This document shows, piece by piece, positions 9,284 to 19,102 of a DNA stretch of 64,000 nt (its first letter is position 1; each line of letters starts with the position of its first letter). A program made the translations under genes and the position numbers. Below the pieces are notes generated by a model, which saw nothing but the letters and a program-made list of their open reading frames with translations, did no database searches and had not been told where the DNA came from. Origin of the DNA: an uncultured Prevotella sp. (GTDB lineage Bacteria > Bacteroidota > Bacteroidia > Bacteroidales > Bacteroidaceae); assembly GCA_946403845.1 (NCBI GenBank), contig CAMJBL010000004.1, positions 26,170-90,169 of the forward strand, given 5' to 3'.

Positions 9284-9883
9284 TTAATGACAATGTCCGC
9301 ATCCGCAGTCGTCGCCATGCTCGTGATCATGTCCGCAGCAGCCGTCTTCGCAGCCTTCGCCATGATGATGGCCACAACCATGACAACCGCCCGTGAGCAT
9401 CTTGATGGTCTTGTTGACCTCTTCGTCCGTGGCGTCGCGGTTCTCCACGATGGTACCTGTGAAATTGAGCGTCTTGCCAGCCAGGGGGTGGTTGGTGTCA
9501 ACTGTCACACCGTCCTCCTCGATCTTCACCACCTTGGCCATGAACTGATGGTCTTCGCCATCTGTCAGGGTGATAACGGCATCGGGGAAGATATTGTCGT
9601 GGTCGAAATGGCCATTGACAGAGAATACCTGACGGTCGATCTTATGAACGCCCTGGGGCTCGTAGGCACCGAAAGCCTGCTCGGGGGCTAGGGTGAAGTC
9701 GAAGGTGTCGCCCTTCGCATGCTTGGTCACCTCCTGCTCGAAAGCGTCGAGGGCGATGCCAAAACCTGTGATAAACTCGAAGGGGCGCTCTGTGCCTGTC
9801 TGTTCCTCGAGCTTCTTCTCTCCGTCGGAAATCGTGTACAACTCGTACACAACCGACATAAACTTATTGGGAGTCTTATCCAT
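9284..9883 (-). CDS. slyD: FKBP-type peptidyl-prolyl isomerase, SlyD-like, with His/Cys-rich tail
   Basis: PEQAFG and VDTNHPLAGKTLNF motifs; metal-binding C-terminal tail. Confidence 0.9.
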   Translation of the reverse strand: MDKTPNKFMSVVYELYTISDGEKKLEEQTGTERPFEFITGFGIALDAFEQEVTKHAKGDTFDFTLAPEQAFGAYEPQGVHKIDRQVFSVNGHFDHDNIFPDAVITLTDGEDHQFMAKVVKIEEDGVTVDTNHPLAGKTLNFTGTIVENRDATDEEVNKTIKMLTGGCHGCGHHHGEGCEDGCCGHDHEHGDDCGCGHCH

Positions 9884-10172
9884 ACCTTATTATATATAAT
9901 GTTTCAGGTTGCAAAGGTAATCATTTTAATCCATAAACGCGACTTTTTCGGGCAAAATTATAAAATTTTCCATATTCGGGCTATTCTTTGACCTGTGTCA
10001 ACAAAAGGGCTGTTTGCGCACACAATTCCGAAAAAATACTTGCGAGTGTCCGAAAATCGCCGTACCTTTGCACCGTCAAAAGACATTTAAGTCAAAACAA
10101 TTAAAGTTTAAAGTAGGGGCATCAGGATAACACATAACACGCCCCGAGTAAAGAAAAGAAAGGAAAAGAAAG

Positions 10173-10538
10173 ATGAAAAAGATGATTTTGACAATGGTAG
10201 CAATGCTGAGTATGACAATGGCATTTGCTGAAGGTGAGAACGTAAACAGTGTAAACAACGTAGCCGCTTATGACATGAGCTGCAATATGAACAAGCTTGC
10301 TGAGGCTCTGTCACTGAACGCTGATCAGAGAGAGGCTGTCGACAATGTCTACCAGACCTTCACCGCTGAGATGATGTTTGCTGCTGAGTATTACAGCAAC
10401 GACCAGCGCAATGAGATGGTGAAGAAGGCTATCGACAAGAACGTTGCCTGGATGAACTACATCCTCAACGACAAGCAGCGTCGTACTTACCTCATGTTGC
10501 TGAACACCACGCTCAACAATCGTGGTCTGAACAAGTAA
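10173..10538 (+). CDS. Secreted hypothetical helical protein
   Basis: Signal peptide MKKMILTMVAMLSMTMAFA; own promoter (TACCTTTG about 10063) and terminator. Confidence 0.75.
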   Translation: MKKMILTMVAMLSMTMAFAEGENVNSVNNVAAYDMSCNMNKLAEALSLNADQREAVDNVYQTFTAEMMFAAEYYSNDQRNEMVKKAIDKNVAWMNYILNDKQRRTYLMLLNTTLNNRGLNK

Positions 10539-10565
10539 GAAAGAACTAAATTAATCAATCAGGAG

Positions 10566-10597
10566 GAGGCGTTCCGAAGGGGATGCCTCTCTTTTTT
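10566..10597 (+). terminator. Intrinsic terminator
   Basis: GAGGCGTTCC-gaag-GGGATGCCTC followed by a T tract. Confidence 0.75.
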
Positions 10598-10673
10598 GTC
10601 TCAAAAACTTGCATATTTCAGATTTTTTTGCTTATTTTGCAGGCAGAATCGTTATTACTAAACAATAAGCAAT

Positions 10674-11600
10674 ATGAAAAGTCTGAAAGTTATCTTGATT
10701 TCCGTAGTGGCAGTTGTGTTTGTGAGCTGTGGCACTACCAACACGGTGCCTATCACAGGGCGCCAGCAGACGCTGATGGTGAGCGACGGTGAGGTGCTGA
10801 GCCTTTCCACCCAGCAGTATCAGGAGTTTATGAAGACGGCCAAGCTTTCCACCAACCAAGCCAACACGCAGATGGTGAAGCGGGTAGGGCAGAACCTGGC
10901 CAATGCTGTGGTTAACTACCTGAATAGCAATGGTTTGTCGAATGATGTGCAGAACTACAAATGGACCTTCAACCTGGTGCAGGACAAGCAGGTGAATGCT
11001 TGGTGTATGCCTGGTGGACTGATCTGCGTCTACGAGGGCTTGTTGCCCGTCACGCAGGACGAGGCTTCGCTGGCCATCGTCTTAGGTCATGAGATTGCCC
11101 ACGCTGTGGCCCGTCACTCCGCTGAGCAGATGAGCACGCAGATGAAGCAGCAGTATGGTCTGCAGATCGGTACGATGGTGGCTGGTGCCTTAGGCATGGG
11201 AACCAATACGCAGTCGATCGTGCAAGCCATTGTGGCACAGGGCTTTAACTTCAAGAATCTGAAATATTCGCGTAATCACGAGAACGAGGCTGACCACATG
11301 GGCTTGATCTTCGCAGCGATGGCGGGCTATGATCCGCAGGTGGCGACGACCTTCTGGCAGCGCATGGCTGCACAGTCGACGAACCAGACGGCTGAGTTCC
11401 TGAGCGATCACCCCTCGGATGCGACGCGTATCAAGAATATCCAGGGCTGGATGCCTGAGGCCTTGAAGTACTACAAGCCAAAGACCACCACCACGACTTC
11501 GACAGCGAAGAAGGCTACGACGACCACCAAGAAGGCTACGACGACCACCAAGAAGACGACTTCTACTGCTAAGAAAGCAACGTCGACCAAGAAGAAGTAA
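10674..11600 (+). CDS. M48 family metallopeptidase lipoprotein
   Basis: Lipobox VSC; NAWCMPGG, HEIAH, YSRNHENEAD and LSDHP motifs; Lys/Thr-rich tail. Confidence 0.92.
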   Translation: MKSLKVILISVVAVVFVSCGTTNTVPITGRQQTLMVSDGEVLSLSTQQYQEFMKTAKLSTNQANTQMVKRVGQNLANAVVNYLNSNGLSNDVQNYKWTFNLVQDKQVNAWCMPGGLICVYEGLLPVTQDEASLAIVLGHEIAHAVARHSAEQMSTQMKQQYGLQIGTMVAGALGMGTNTQSIVQAIVAQGFNFKNLKYSRNHENEADHMGLIFAAMAGYDPQVATTFWQRMAAQSTNQTAEFLSDHPSDATRIKNIQGWMPEALKYYKPKTTTTTSTAKKATTTTKKATTTTKKTTSTAKKATSTKKK

Positions 11601-11646
11601 TTCTCACAAAGAATTTTTATAACTCACACAGATCTGTGTGAATAAA

Positions 11647-13866
11647 TTATTTTCCCAATTCTTTCTGTGTGATAATGATTTTCCCGCCTTTGCGGAGGCT
11701 GCCGAAGAGGATCTCCCGCATGAGCAGGGGCTTGAGCTTGCCCGTGATGACGCGATCCATCTCGCGGGCACCGTATTCCTGCGTGAAGCCCTCCTTCAGC
11801 AGGTAGTCGAAGGCCTCGTCGCTGAGCGTCATCTCCACCTGCTTAGCCGTCAGTTTCTCCTGCAGCTCACCCAGTTTCTTGTGCAGGATGAGGGTGGCCA
11901 TCTGGCGATCCATATCGTTGAAGACGACAGTGCCCGAAAGACGGTTGATGAATTCGGGCTTGAAGGTCTTCTTCACCTGCTTGAGCATCGCCTCTCCGCG
12001 ACTCACGTTCCCTGAGAATCCGATACTCGCCTGCGCAGCATACTGCGCCCCCGCATTCGAGGTCATGATGACGATGACATTGCGGAAATCAGCCTTGCGA
12101 CCCTTGTTGTCGGTGAGCTTCGCATAGTCCATCACTTGTAAAAGAATATTGTAAATGTCCTGATGGGCTTTTTCTATCTCGTCGAGCAGCAACACGCAGT
12201 TGGGTGTTTTGCGGATCGCGTCTGTCAACAATCCGCCATCCTCATAGCCCACATAGCCTGCTGGCGAGCCGATGAGCTTCGCCACCGTATGCTTCTCCGT
12301 ATATTCGCTCATATCGAAACGCACCAGCGAAATGCCCAGTTCCTTGGCTAATACACGGGCTACCTCCGTTTTTCCGACGCCCGTAGGTCCCACGAACAAG
12401 AGCGAGGCGAGGGGCTTGTCGTCGTCGAGCAGTCCTGCCTTCGACAGCTGCACAGCCTCCACCACCTGACGCACCGCCTGATCCTGTCCGTAGATCTTGC
12501 TGCTGATACGTTCGTAGAGTGTTTCGAGGGCAGCATTGTCATCTTCTTTCATCGCCAAAGCGTCCACCTTACAGGTCTTCGCGAGGATATCGGCCACGAG
12601 GGCTTTGTCCACCGTCTGACGCTTCTGTCCGTAGAGGTGGTTCATCTCGCGATAGGCGCCTGCCTCATCTATCAGGTCGATGGCCTTATCGGGCAGGAAA
12701 CGTTCGTTGATATACTTCGCGCTGGCCGTAACGGCAAACTCCAGGGCCTTATCGGCATAGAATACGCCATGAAACTGCTCATAGCTCTTCTTCAGCTGTT
12801 TCAGGATCTCGAGGGTCTCCTCCGTCGAGGGCTCTGCGATGTCGATCTGCTGGAAGCGTCGCACCAGGCCTCTCGACTTCGAGAAATGACGGTTGTATTC
12901 CTCGTAGGTCGTCGAGCCGATAAAGCGGATCTTGGCGGATTCGAGATAGGGCTTGAGCATGTTCGAGGCATCCATCGTGCCCTCGCTGTTGCCGCCAGCG
13001 CCAACGAGGTTGTGGATCTCGTCGATGTAGACGATGTTGTTGTCGGATTCACTGATGATGCCGTCCATCACCTCCTTGATGCGCTTCTCGAAGTCACCGC
13101 GGAACTGCGTGCCAGCGAGCAAGGTGCCCAGGTCGAGCTGGTATATCTTACTGCCTTTCAGGCGTTTAGGCACTTGCGGATGGTTGGTGTCGATCCACGC
13201 TGCTAGACCATATACGATGGCCGTCTTTCCCACGCCGGGCTCGCCGATATGCAGGGGATTGTTCTTCTCCTTGCGACAGAGCACCTGGATGGTGCGCAGC
13301 AGCTCGTCCTTCCTTCCGATGAGGGGATTGTGGAGCATGTAGGTATCGTTCAGACAGGTCACCATCTTGCGCCAGGGCTCCTGATCCTCCTCCGCATCGC
13401 TGCCATCGCTCACCTGGTCGTGATCCGCCTCATAGCGTCCCACCAGCATGCTCAGGAACTCACTCTCCCAGTCGCCCAGCAGGTTTCTCAGCAGATAGGC
13501 GGCATACGACTCCTTGAGGTTGAGGATGCCCCTCACGATATGTGGCACGTAGATATACTGTGCGCTCGAGTTCTGCACCGTCTGGTAGGCGGAGAGCAGG
13601 GCAGCGCGCAACTGTTCGCTGGTGCCGATCACATAGTTGCCCACGTCCTCGGGCACACGTTCCATCTTCTCGAAATAGTCCTGCAGACTCTTGTTGACGA
13701 TGTTCAGGTCGACCCCGCAGTCGATGAGCGACTTGTTGAACTCATACTGTCTGAGCAGGGCGTAGATGAAGTGTTCGGGCGTGGTGAACTCGTGGCGGTA
13801 TTTCTCTGCCGCCTCGTGCATGTCTTGAAAGGCCTGGTTCACCTTTTGTGTATAGTAGATATCCAT
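11647..13866 (-). CDS. clpA: ATP-dependent Clp protease ATP-binding subunit ClpA
   Basis: Two AAA+ modules (GEPGVGKT, GPTGVGKT), DMSEY, no long M-domain; downstream of clpS. Confidence 0.92.
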   Translation of the reverse strand: MDIYYTQKVNQAFQDMHEAAEKYRHEFTTPEHFIYALLRQYEFNKSLIDCGVDLNIVNKSLQDYFEKMERVPEDVGNYVIGTSEQLRAALLSAYQTVQNSSAQYIYVPHIVRGILNLKESYAAYLLRNLLGDWESEFLSMLVGRYEADHDQVSDGSDAEEDQEPWRKMVTCLNDTYMLHNPLIGRKDELLRTIQVLCRKEKNNPLHIGEPGVGKTAIVYGLAAWIDTNHPQVPKRLKGSKIYQLDLGTLLAGTQFRGDFEKRIKEVMDGIISESDNNIVYIDEIHNLVGAGGNSEGTMDASNMLKPYLESAKIRFIGSTTYEEYNRHFSKSRGLVRRFQQIDIAEPSTEETLEILKQLKKSYEQFHGVFYADKALEFAVTASAKYINERFLPDKAIDLIDEAGAYREMNHLYGQKRQTVDKALVADILAKTCKVDALAMKEDDNAALETLYERISSKIYGQDQAVRQVVEAVQLSKAGLLDDDKPLASLLFVGPTGVGKTEVARVLAKELGISLVRFDMSEYTEKHTVAKLIGSPAGYVGYEDGGLLTDAIRKTPNCVLLLDEIEKAHQDIYNILLQVMDYAKLTDNKGRKADFRNVIVIMTSNAGAQYAAQASIGFSGNVSRGEAMLKQVKKTFKPEFINRLSGTVVFNDMDRQMATLILHKKLGELQEKLTAKQVEMTLSDEAFDYLLKEGFTQEYGAREMDRVITGKLKPLLMREILFGSLRKGGKIIITQKELGK

Positions 13867-13875
13867 ATTGCTTCG

Positions 13876-14181
13876 TTATTCTTCGGGTTCGTAGGTCAGA
13901 CGCAGGGGGAAGCCCTCGTCGCGGGCCATCTGCGTGGCCTTGTTCACTTTCGACACGGCGATGTCGTAGCTGTAGATGCCCACCACCGCCTTGTCGGAGT
14001 GGTGCACCATCAGCATGAGGGCCTCCGCATCGGCCTCGCTCTTGAAAAACACCACCCTGAGCACCTTCACCACAAACTCCATCGTGGTGAAATCGTCGTT
14101 GTAGATGGTCACCTTGTAGCGTCGTGGTTCGTCGAGATCCACGCGCTGCCTCTCCTTTACGCTTGACTGTTCTTTTGCCAT
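13876..14181 (-). CDS. clpS: Clp protease adaptor ClpS
   Basis: YNDDFTTMEFV and GFPL motifs; start moved to MAKEQ at 14181. Confidence 0.95.
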   Translation of the reverse strand: MAKEQSSVKERQRVDLDEPRRYKVTIYNDDFTTMEFVVKVLRVVFFKSEADAEALMLMVHHSDKAVVGIYSYDIAVSKVNKATQMARDEGFPLRLTYEPEE

Positions 14182-14254
14182 ACTGGCGGCAAAAGTACAC
14201 AAAAAAAGCCACATCTGCAAGAGATGTGGCCTAAATTATTAATTAAACCTCTGA

Positions 14255-14794
14255 TTAGAAGTTGTAATATACACCGAACATGATGTTGTTGCCATCGAGG
14301 TTCAGACCGAAAGCATTGCTGCTGTCACCATGCTTCGGGCTTGCGGTCTCGAAACCAACGAAACCGACGTGAGCCACGAGGCTGATCTTATCGCTGGCCT
14401 TCAGGGCGATACCAGGACGCAGACCTACCTGGAAGAGTGAACCGCCATCCTTCACACTTGCGAAGCCAAGACCACCGTCGATAAACACATTCACCATGTC
14501 TGAATTCAGGAAGGTGTAACGGGCATAGGGGTTCACACTGAAAACCTCAGTAGTGTTGAATGTGAAGTCATAGTTTCCGAAGTCGCAGTTACCCTTCTGA
14601 TAACCCAGAGCCACACCGATAGCCCACTCGCTGTTCAGATTATAACCGATCTCAGGAACAATCTTGTATGTTGACTCAGAACTTAGGCTACCGGCCTTAA
14701 CGCTACCGAAACCTACGCTACCACCAACATACACCTGTGCATTCATGTTCATAGCTGCAAAAACAGCAACCAATGTCATTAAAATCTTTTTCAT
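14255..14794 (-). CDS. Outer membrane beta-barrel (porin family) protein
   Basis: Signal peptide, alternating beta pattern, C-terminal YNF. Confidence 0.85.
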   Translation of the reverse strand: MKKILMTLVAVFAAMNMNAQVYVGGSVGFGSVKAGSLSSESTYKIVPEIGYNLNSEWAIGVALGYQKGNCDFGNYDFTFNTTEVFSVNPYARYTFLNSDMVNVFIDGGLGFASVKDGGSLFQVGLRPGIALKASDKISLVAHVGFVGFETASPKHGDSSNAFGLNLDGNNIMFGVYYNF

Positions 14795-15005
14795 ACTAAT
14801 ATCTTTTTAATTTGAAGTTTAAAAAATGTTCATATTCACACTTGGTTTCTAAAACCGCTGCAAAGATACGGCGTTTTTGGGTTCGTTGTATGCGTAAAGT
14901 CGATATTGTGTGCGCAAACAGTATAGATTTTTGATTCAAATCAATCGTATTTGGTTTTTTATTTGTAATTTTGTGCCCATATTGAATAAATAATCAGAAT
15001 GAAGT

Positions 15006-16412
15006 ATGAAAAAGATTTTTGTCTTAACCATCTGTCTGGGCGGTAGTCTGTTCTTCGCTCAGGCGCAGACCAAGGGTGGAGGGATCTCGAAGGAGATGCT
15101 CCAGCAGTTCCAGAAAGAGCAGAAGCACTGCACAGCCGGTAAGGCCCTGTCGAATGCCCTCTCAGGCGTGAGCATCGACGTGCTGGCCAAGAACTACCAG
15201 GCTGCTGCGATGCCCATCGACAAGAATTTCAGTATCGAGACCCGTAAGCAGAGCATCACCAACCAGAAGTCGTCAGGACGCTGCTGGATGTTCAGTGGCC
15301 TGAATGTGTTGCGCTCCAACTACACCATGCAGCACGACTCTGTGAGCATCGAGTTCTCGCAGGCCTACCTCTTCTTCTGGGATCAGCTGGAGAAGGCCAA
15401 CCTCATGCTGCAGGGCGTGATCGACACCGCCAAGGACCCCATCGACAACCAGCGGGTGCAGTTCTTCTTCCATTATCCCATCAACGATGGTGGCACTTTC
15501 TGTGGCATCGCCGACCTGGCTCCGAAGTATGGTCTGGTGCCTGCTGACGTGCAGCCCGAGACCTACACCAGCGAGAACACCGCGAAGGCCCGCAGTCTGA
15601 TAGCCTCGAAGCTCCGTGAGTTCGGACTCCAGCTGCGCGACATGGTGGCTAAGAAGCAGAAGCCCGCGGATATCACCAAGGCCAAGACCGATATGCTGGC
15701 ACAGATCTACCGTATGCTCGAGCTCACGCTGGGCGCTCCCACGCAGACGTTCACCTACGCCTTCAAGGATAAGACGGGCAAACCCCTCGGACAGCCTAAG
15801 GAGTATACCCCCCTATCGTTCTATCAGGAGGTGGTGGGAGGCCCCTTAAACGGCACCTTCATCATGGTGATGAACGACCCGCGTCGTGAGTATTACAAGA
15901 CCTACGAGGTGGAGTACGACCGTCATGTCTACGACGGCACCAACTGGAAATACCTCAACCTCCCGATGGAGGAGATCGAAAAGCTCGCCATCGCCTCGCT
16001 CAAGGATGGGCGTAAGCTCTACAGCTCCTACGATGTGGGTAAGCTGCTGGATCGTCCGCGTGGCTATGCCTCACTCGACAATTTCGACTACGGCTCGCTC
16101 TTCGGTACCACCTTCGGTATGGACAAGGCGCAGCGCATCTCTACCTTCGACAGCGGCTCTACGCATGCGATGACGCTGACGGCCGTCGACCTCGATGCCC
16201 AGGGAAAGCCCATCAAGTGGAAGGTCGAGAACTCCTGGGGCACGGACAGTGGCCAGCAGGGCTATCTCATCATGACGGCCGACTGGTTCCGTGAGTACAT
16301 GTTCCGCCTCGTGGTCAATAAGAAGTACGTCCCCGAGAACCTCCTCCAGGCTTTCAACACCAAGCCCATCCTCGTCATGCCCGAGGATCCCCTGTTCCTT
16401 CCAGATGAGTAA
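15006..16412 (+). CDS. pepC: Aminopeptidase C (peptidase C1B, bleomycin hydrolase family)
   Basis: QKSSGRCWMF catalytic Cys, HAM His and VENSWG Asn. Confidence 0.92.
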   Translation: MKKIFVLTICLGGSLFFAQAQTKGGGISKEMLQQFQKEQKHCTAGKALSNALSGVSIDVLAKNYQAAAMPIDKNFSIETRKQSITNQKSSGRCWMFSGLNVLRSNYTMQHDSVSIEFSQAYLFFWDQLEKANLMLQGVIDTAKDPIDNQRVQFFFHYPINDGGTFCGIADLAPKYGLVPADVQPETYTSENTAKARSLIASKLREFGLQLRDMVAKKQKPADITKAKTDMLAQIYRMLELTLGAPTQTFTYAFKDKTGKPLGQPKEYTPLSFYQEVVGGPLNGTFIMVMNDPRREYYKTYEVEYDRHVYDGTNWKYLNLPMEEIEKLAIASLKDGRKLYSSYDVGKLLDRPRGYASLDNFDYGSLFGTTFGMDKAQRISTFDSGSTHAMTLTAVDLDAQGKPIKWKVENSWGTDSGQQGYLIMTADWFREYMFRLVVNKKYVPENLLQAFNTKPILVMPEDPLFLPDE

Positions 16413-16448
16413 AGAATTGAAAAATTGAAAAATTGAAAGATTGAAGTT

Positions 16449-18578
16449 ATGAAGATTTTTAGGACAATTATGTGTATTGGAATTGCATCAGCAGTGATGG
16501 CATCGGTGTCATCCTGTCAGCAGGCGCAGCGGGAGAATCCGCTGTTAGTGGAAAGTAACCTGCCCTTCGGGGCCCCTGATTTCAGCAAGATCGACAGCAC
16601 CCACTACATGCCCGCCTTCGAGGCCGCCATCCAGCAGACGCGCGACGAGATAGCCTCTATTGTCGATAATCCCGACTCCGCCACCTTCGAGAACACCATT
16701 CTCGCCCTGGAGGAGAGCGGTAAGGCCCTCGACCGCGTAAGCCGCGTGTTCTTCGCCCTCGTCGAGGCCGACAAGACACCCGCCCTCGCCGATATCGAGA
16801 AGAAGGTGCAGCCCATGCTCACCGACCTCGAAAACGAGATCTCCTTCAACAAACCCCTCTTCGAGCGCATCAAGAAGGTCTACGACACCCAATACGAGTC
16901 GCTGCAGGGTGAGGACAAGAAACTCACCGAAGAAACCTACAAGTCATTTGTGCGCCAGGGAGCCCTCTTGCCCGACGACAAGATGGCGCGCATGAAGGAG
17001 ATCAACCTCCGCATCTCCGAGTTGCAGACAGAGTGGGGTGAGGTGCTCCCCGATGCCACCAACGATGCCGTCGTCTGGGTGGATAAGAAGGAAGATCTGG
17101 CAGGTCTCAGCGAGGCCGACCTCGCCCAGTGCCAGAAGGATGCTGAGAGTCGTGGCGGTAAGGCCCCCTATGCCATCGTCATCGTCAACACCACCCAGCA
17201 GGCCATCCTCGCCAGTCTCGACAACCGCGAGCTGCGCCGTAAGGTGTTCGAGGCCTCCGAGCATCGTGCTGACGGCACTGGCAAGTATAATACCTTCCCC
17301 ATCGTCTGCGAGATTGCCAAGCTGCGTGCTGAGAAGGCCGAGCTCATGGGCTATTCCAACTACGCCTCCTACTCGCTGGAGAATACGATGGCCAAGACGC
17401 CTGTGAATGTCTATGATTTCCTGATGAACCTGATTAAGGCCTATGTGCCTAAAGCTGATGCCGAGACCAAGGCCATCGAGAACTTCGCCCGCAAGACCGA
17501 GGGACCCGAATTCCAGTTGCAGGCCTACGACTATTTCTACTATTCCGCCAAGATGAAGAAGGAGCTGCTCAACGTGAGCGACGACGAGGTGAAGCCCTAT
17601 TTCAATGTCGACAGCGTGCTTCTCAATGGTGTCTTCTATGCCGCCAACCGTGTCTACGGCCTCACCTTCAAGCAGCGCGACGACATCCCCCTCTACCATC
17701 CCGACATGAAGGCCTTCGAGGTGATCGACAAGGACGGCAAGTCCAAGGCCCTCTTCTATTGCGACTACTACCGTCGTCCTACGAAGCGCGGTGGTGCGTG
17801 GATGGACGGTTTCCAGAAGCAGAGTCGTCAGCGTAACCAGCTGCCTATTATCTTTAATGTATGTAATAATGCGAAGGCCCCCGAAGGCAAACCCTCGCTG
17901 CTGACGTGGGACGAGGTGACCACCATGTTCCATGAGTTCGGCCACGCCCTGCACGGCATCCTCTCCGACTGCCAGTACAACAGTCTGAGCGGTACCAGTG
18001 TCTACCGCGACTTCGTCGAGATGCCCTCGCAGTTCAACGAGTCGTTTGCCGCCATCCCTGAGGTGTTCGATAACTACGCCCGTCATTGCGACACGGGAGA
18101 GCCCATGCCTCAAGACCTGAAGGAGCGCATGCTGAAGAGCATCAATTTCCAGCCGTGCTACGCCCTGGGTGAGAACCTTGCTGCCACCTGTGTCGACCTG
18201 GCTTGGCACATGCTGGCTTCGAAGGATATTCCCACAGCCGACAAGGCGATGGCGTTCGAGACCGAGGCGCTACGTAAGGTGGAACTCGTGAATCCCTTTA
18301 TTCCCATTCCCCCGCGCTATCACACCAGCTATTTCAACCACGTGTGGGGTGGGGGCTATGCTGCTGGCTATTACAGCTATCTCTGGACGGAGGTGCTGGC
18401 TGTCAACATCGCCGATGTCTTTGCTAAGCGTGGCGCTCTCGATCCTGCTACAGGTCAGGACTTCCGTGACAAGATCCTGAGTCGTGGCAATACCGGCGAC
18501 CTCATGCAGATGTTCACCGATTTCACCGGTATGGCGCAGCCCGATGCCGCCAGCCTCCTCAAAGCCCGCGGACTTTAA
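16449..18578 (+). CDS. dcp: M3 family metallopeptidase (peptidyl-dipeptidase Dcp-like), lipoprotein
   Basis: KRGGAWM, FHEFGHALH, DFVEMPSQ and GYAAGYYSYLW motifs. Confidence 0.88.
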   Translation: MKIFRTIMCIGIASAVMASVSSCQQAQRENPLLVESNLPFGAPDFSKIDSTHYMPAFEAAIQQTRDEIASIVDNPDSATFENTILALEESGKALDRVSRVFFALVEADKTPALADIEKKVQPMLTDLENEISFNKPLFERIKKVYDTQYESLQGEDKKLTEETYKSFVRQGALLPDDKMARMKEINLRISELQTEWGEVLPDATNDAVVWVDKKEDLAGLSEADLAQCQKDAESRGGKAPYAIVIVNTTQQAILASLDNRELRRKVFEASEHRADGTGKYNTFPIVCEIAKLRAEKAELMGYSNYASYSLENTMAKTPVNVYDFLMNLIKAYVPKADAETKAIENFARKTEGPEFQLQAYDYFYYSAKMKKELLNVSDDEVKPYFNVDSVLLNGVFYAANRVYGLTFKQRDDIPLYHPDMKAFEVIDKDGKSKALFYCDYYRRPTKRGGAWMDGFQKQSRQRNQLPIIFNVCNNAKAPEGKPSLLTWDEVTTMFHEFGHALHGILSDCQYNSLSGTSVYRDFVEMPSQFNESFAAIPEVFDNYARHCDTGEPMPQDLKERMLKSINFQPCYALGENLAATCVDLAWHMLASKDIPTADKAMAFETEALRKVELVNPFIPIPPRYHTSYFNHVWGGGYAAGYYSYLWTEVLAVNIADVFAKRGALDPATGQDFRDKILSRGNTGDLMQMFTDFTGMAQPDAASLLKARGL

Positions 18579-18656
18579 GAAGTAAAAAGTTCAAATCATA
18601 AAGTTTTTCGCAAGCTCAAGCATAAATGCAAAGCTCAAAGTTCAAAGTTCAAAGTA

Positions 18657-18929
18657 ATGAAGACCAAGCATATTCAATACGAAACAGTCGGCACGTGTTC
18701 GAAGCTGATCGACGTGACTGCCGATGAGAACGACATCATCCAGCAAGTGTTTTTCCTGGGCGGCTGCAATGGCAACCTCCAGGGCGTCAGCCAACTGGTC
18801 CGTGGCCAGCGCATCGACGATGTGATCAAGAAACTCGACGGTATCCGTTGCGGCACCAAAGGCACCTCCTGCCCCGACCAGCTCTGTCGCGCCCTCGAGC
18901 GCCTCAAGGCAGCACCCCTGCAAGACTAA
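18657..18929 (+). CDS. TSCPD-domain protein (TIGR03905-like)
   Basis: GTCS, GGCNGN and GIRCG...TSCPDQL motifs. Confidence 0.9.
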   Translation: MKTKHIQYETVGTCSKLIDVTADENDIIQQVFFLGGCNGNLQGVSQLVRGQRIDDVIKKLDGIRCGTKGTSCPDQLCRALERLKAAPLQD

Positions 18930-19034
18930 GCCGAAAAGCCCGATATCAGGCGCAATATGGCGTGTTCGTCTACTAAAAATTGCTAATCGGCTATTTTATT
19001 TTGGCGCGGGGAAAATTTGCAGTAATTTTGCAGC

Positions 19035-19102
19035 GTCAAAAGGTTAATAGATTGTTTTAGAGCGTCGCACTGTTCGAGAGAATCGTGCGACTTTCTTTTT
19101 TA
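19035..19102 (+). ncRNA. Candidate small RNA (~70 nt)
   Basis: TTTG(19000)-N19-TAATTTTG(19023) promoter followed within 60 nt by a GTCGCAC...GTGCGAC terminator and T tract. Confidence 0.45.

Noticed and set aside
14205..14232. Similarity between hairpins at about 14205 and 62200 (AAAGCCACATCT...TGTGGC)
   Set aside because: Both are ordinary terminators after porin-family genes; shared ancestry or convergence explains it
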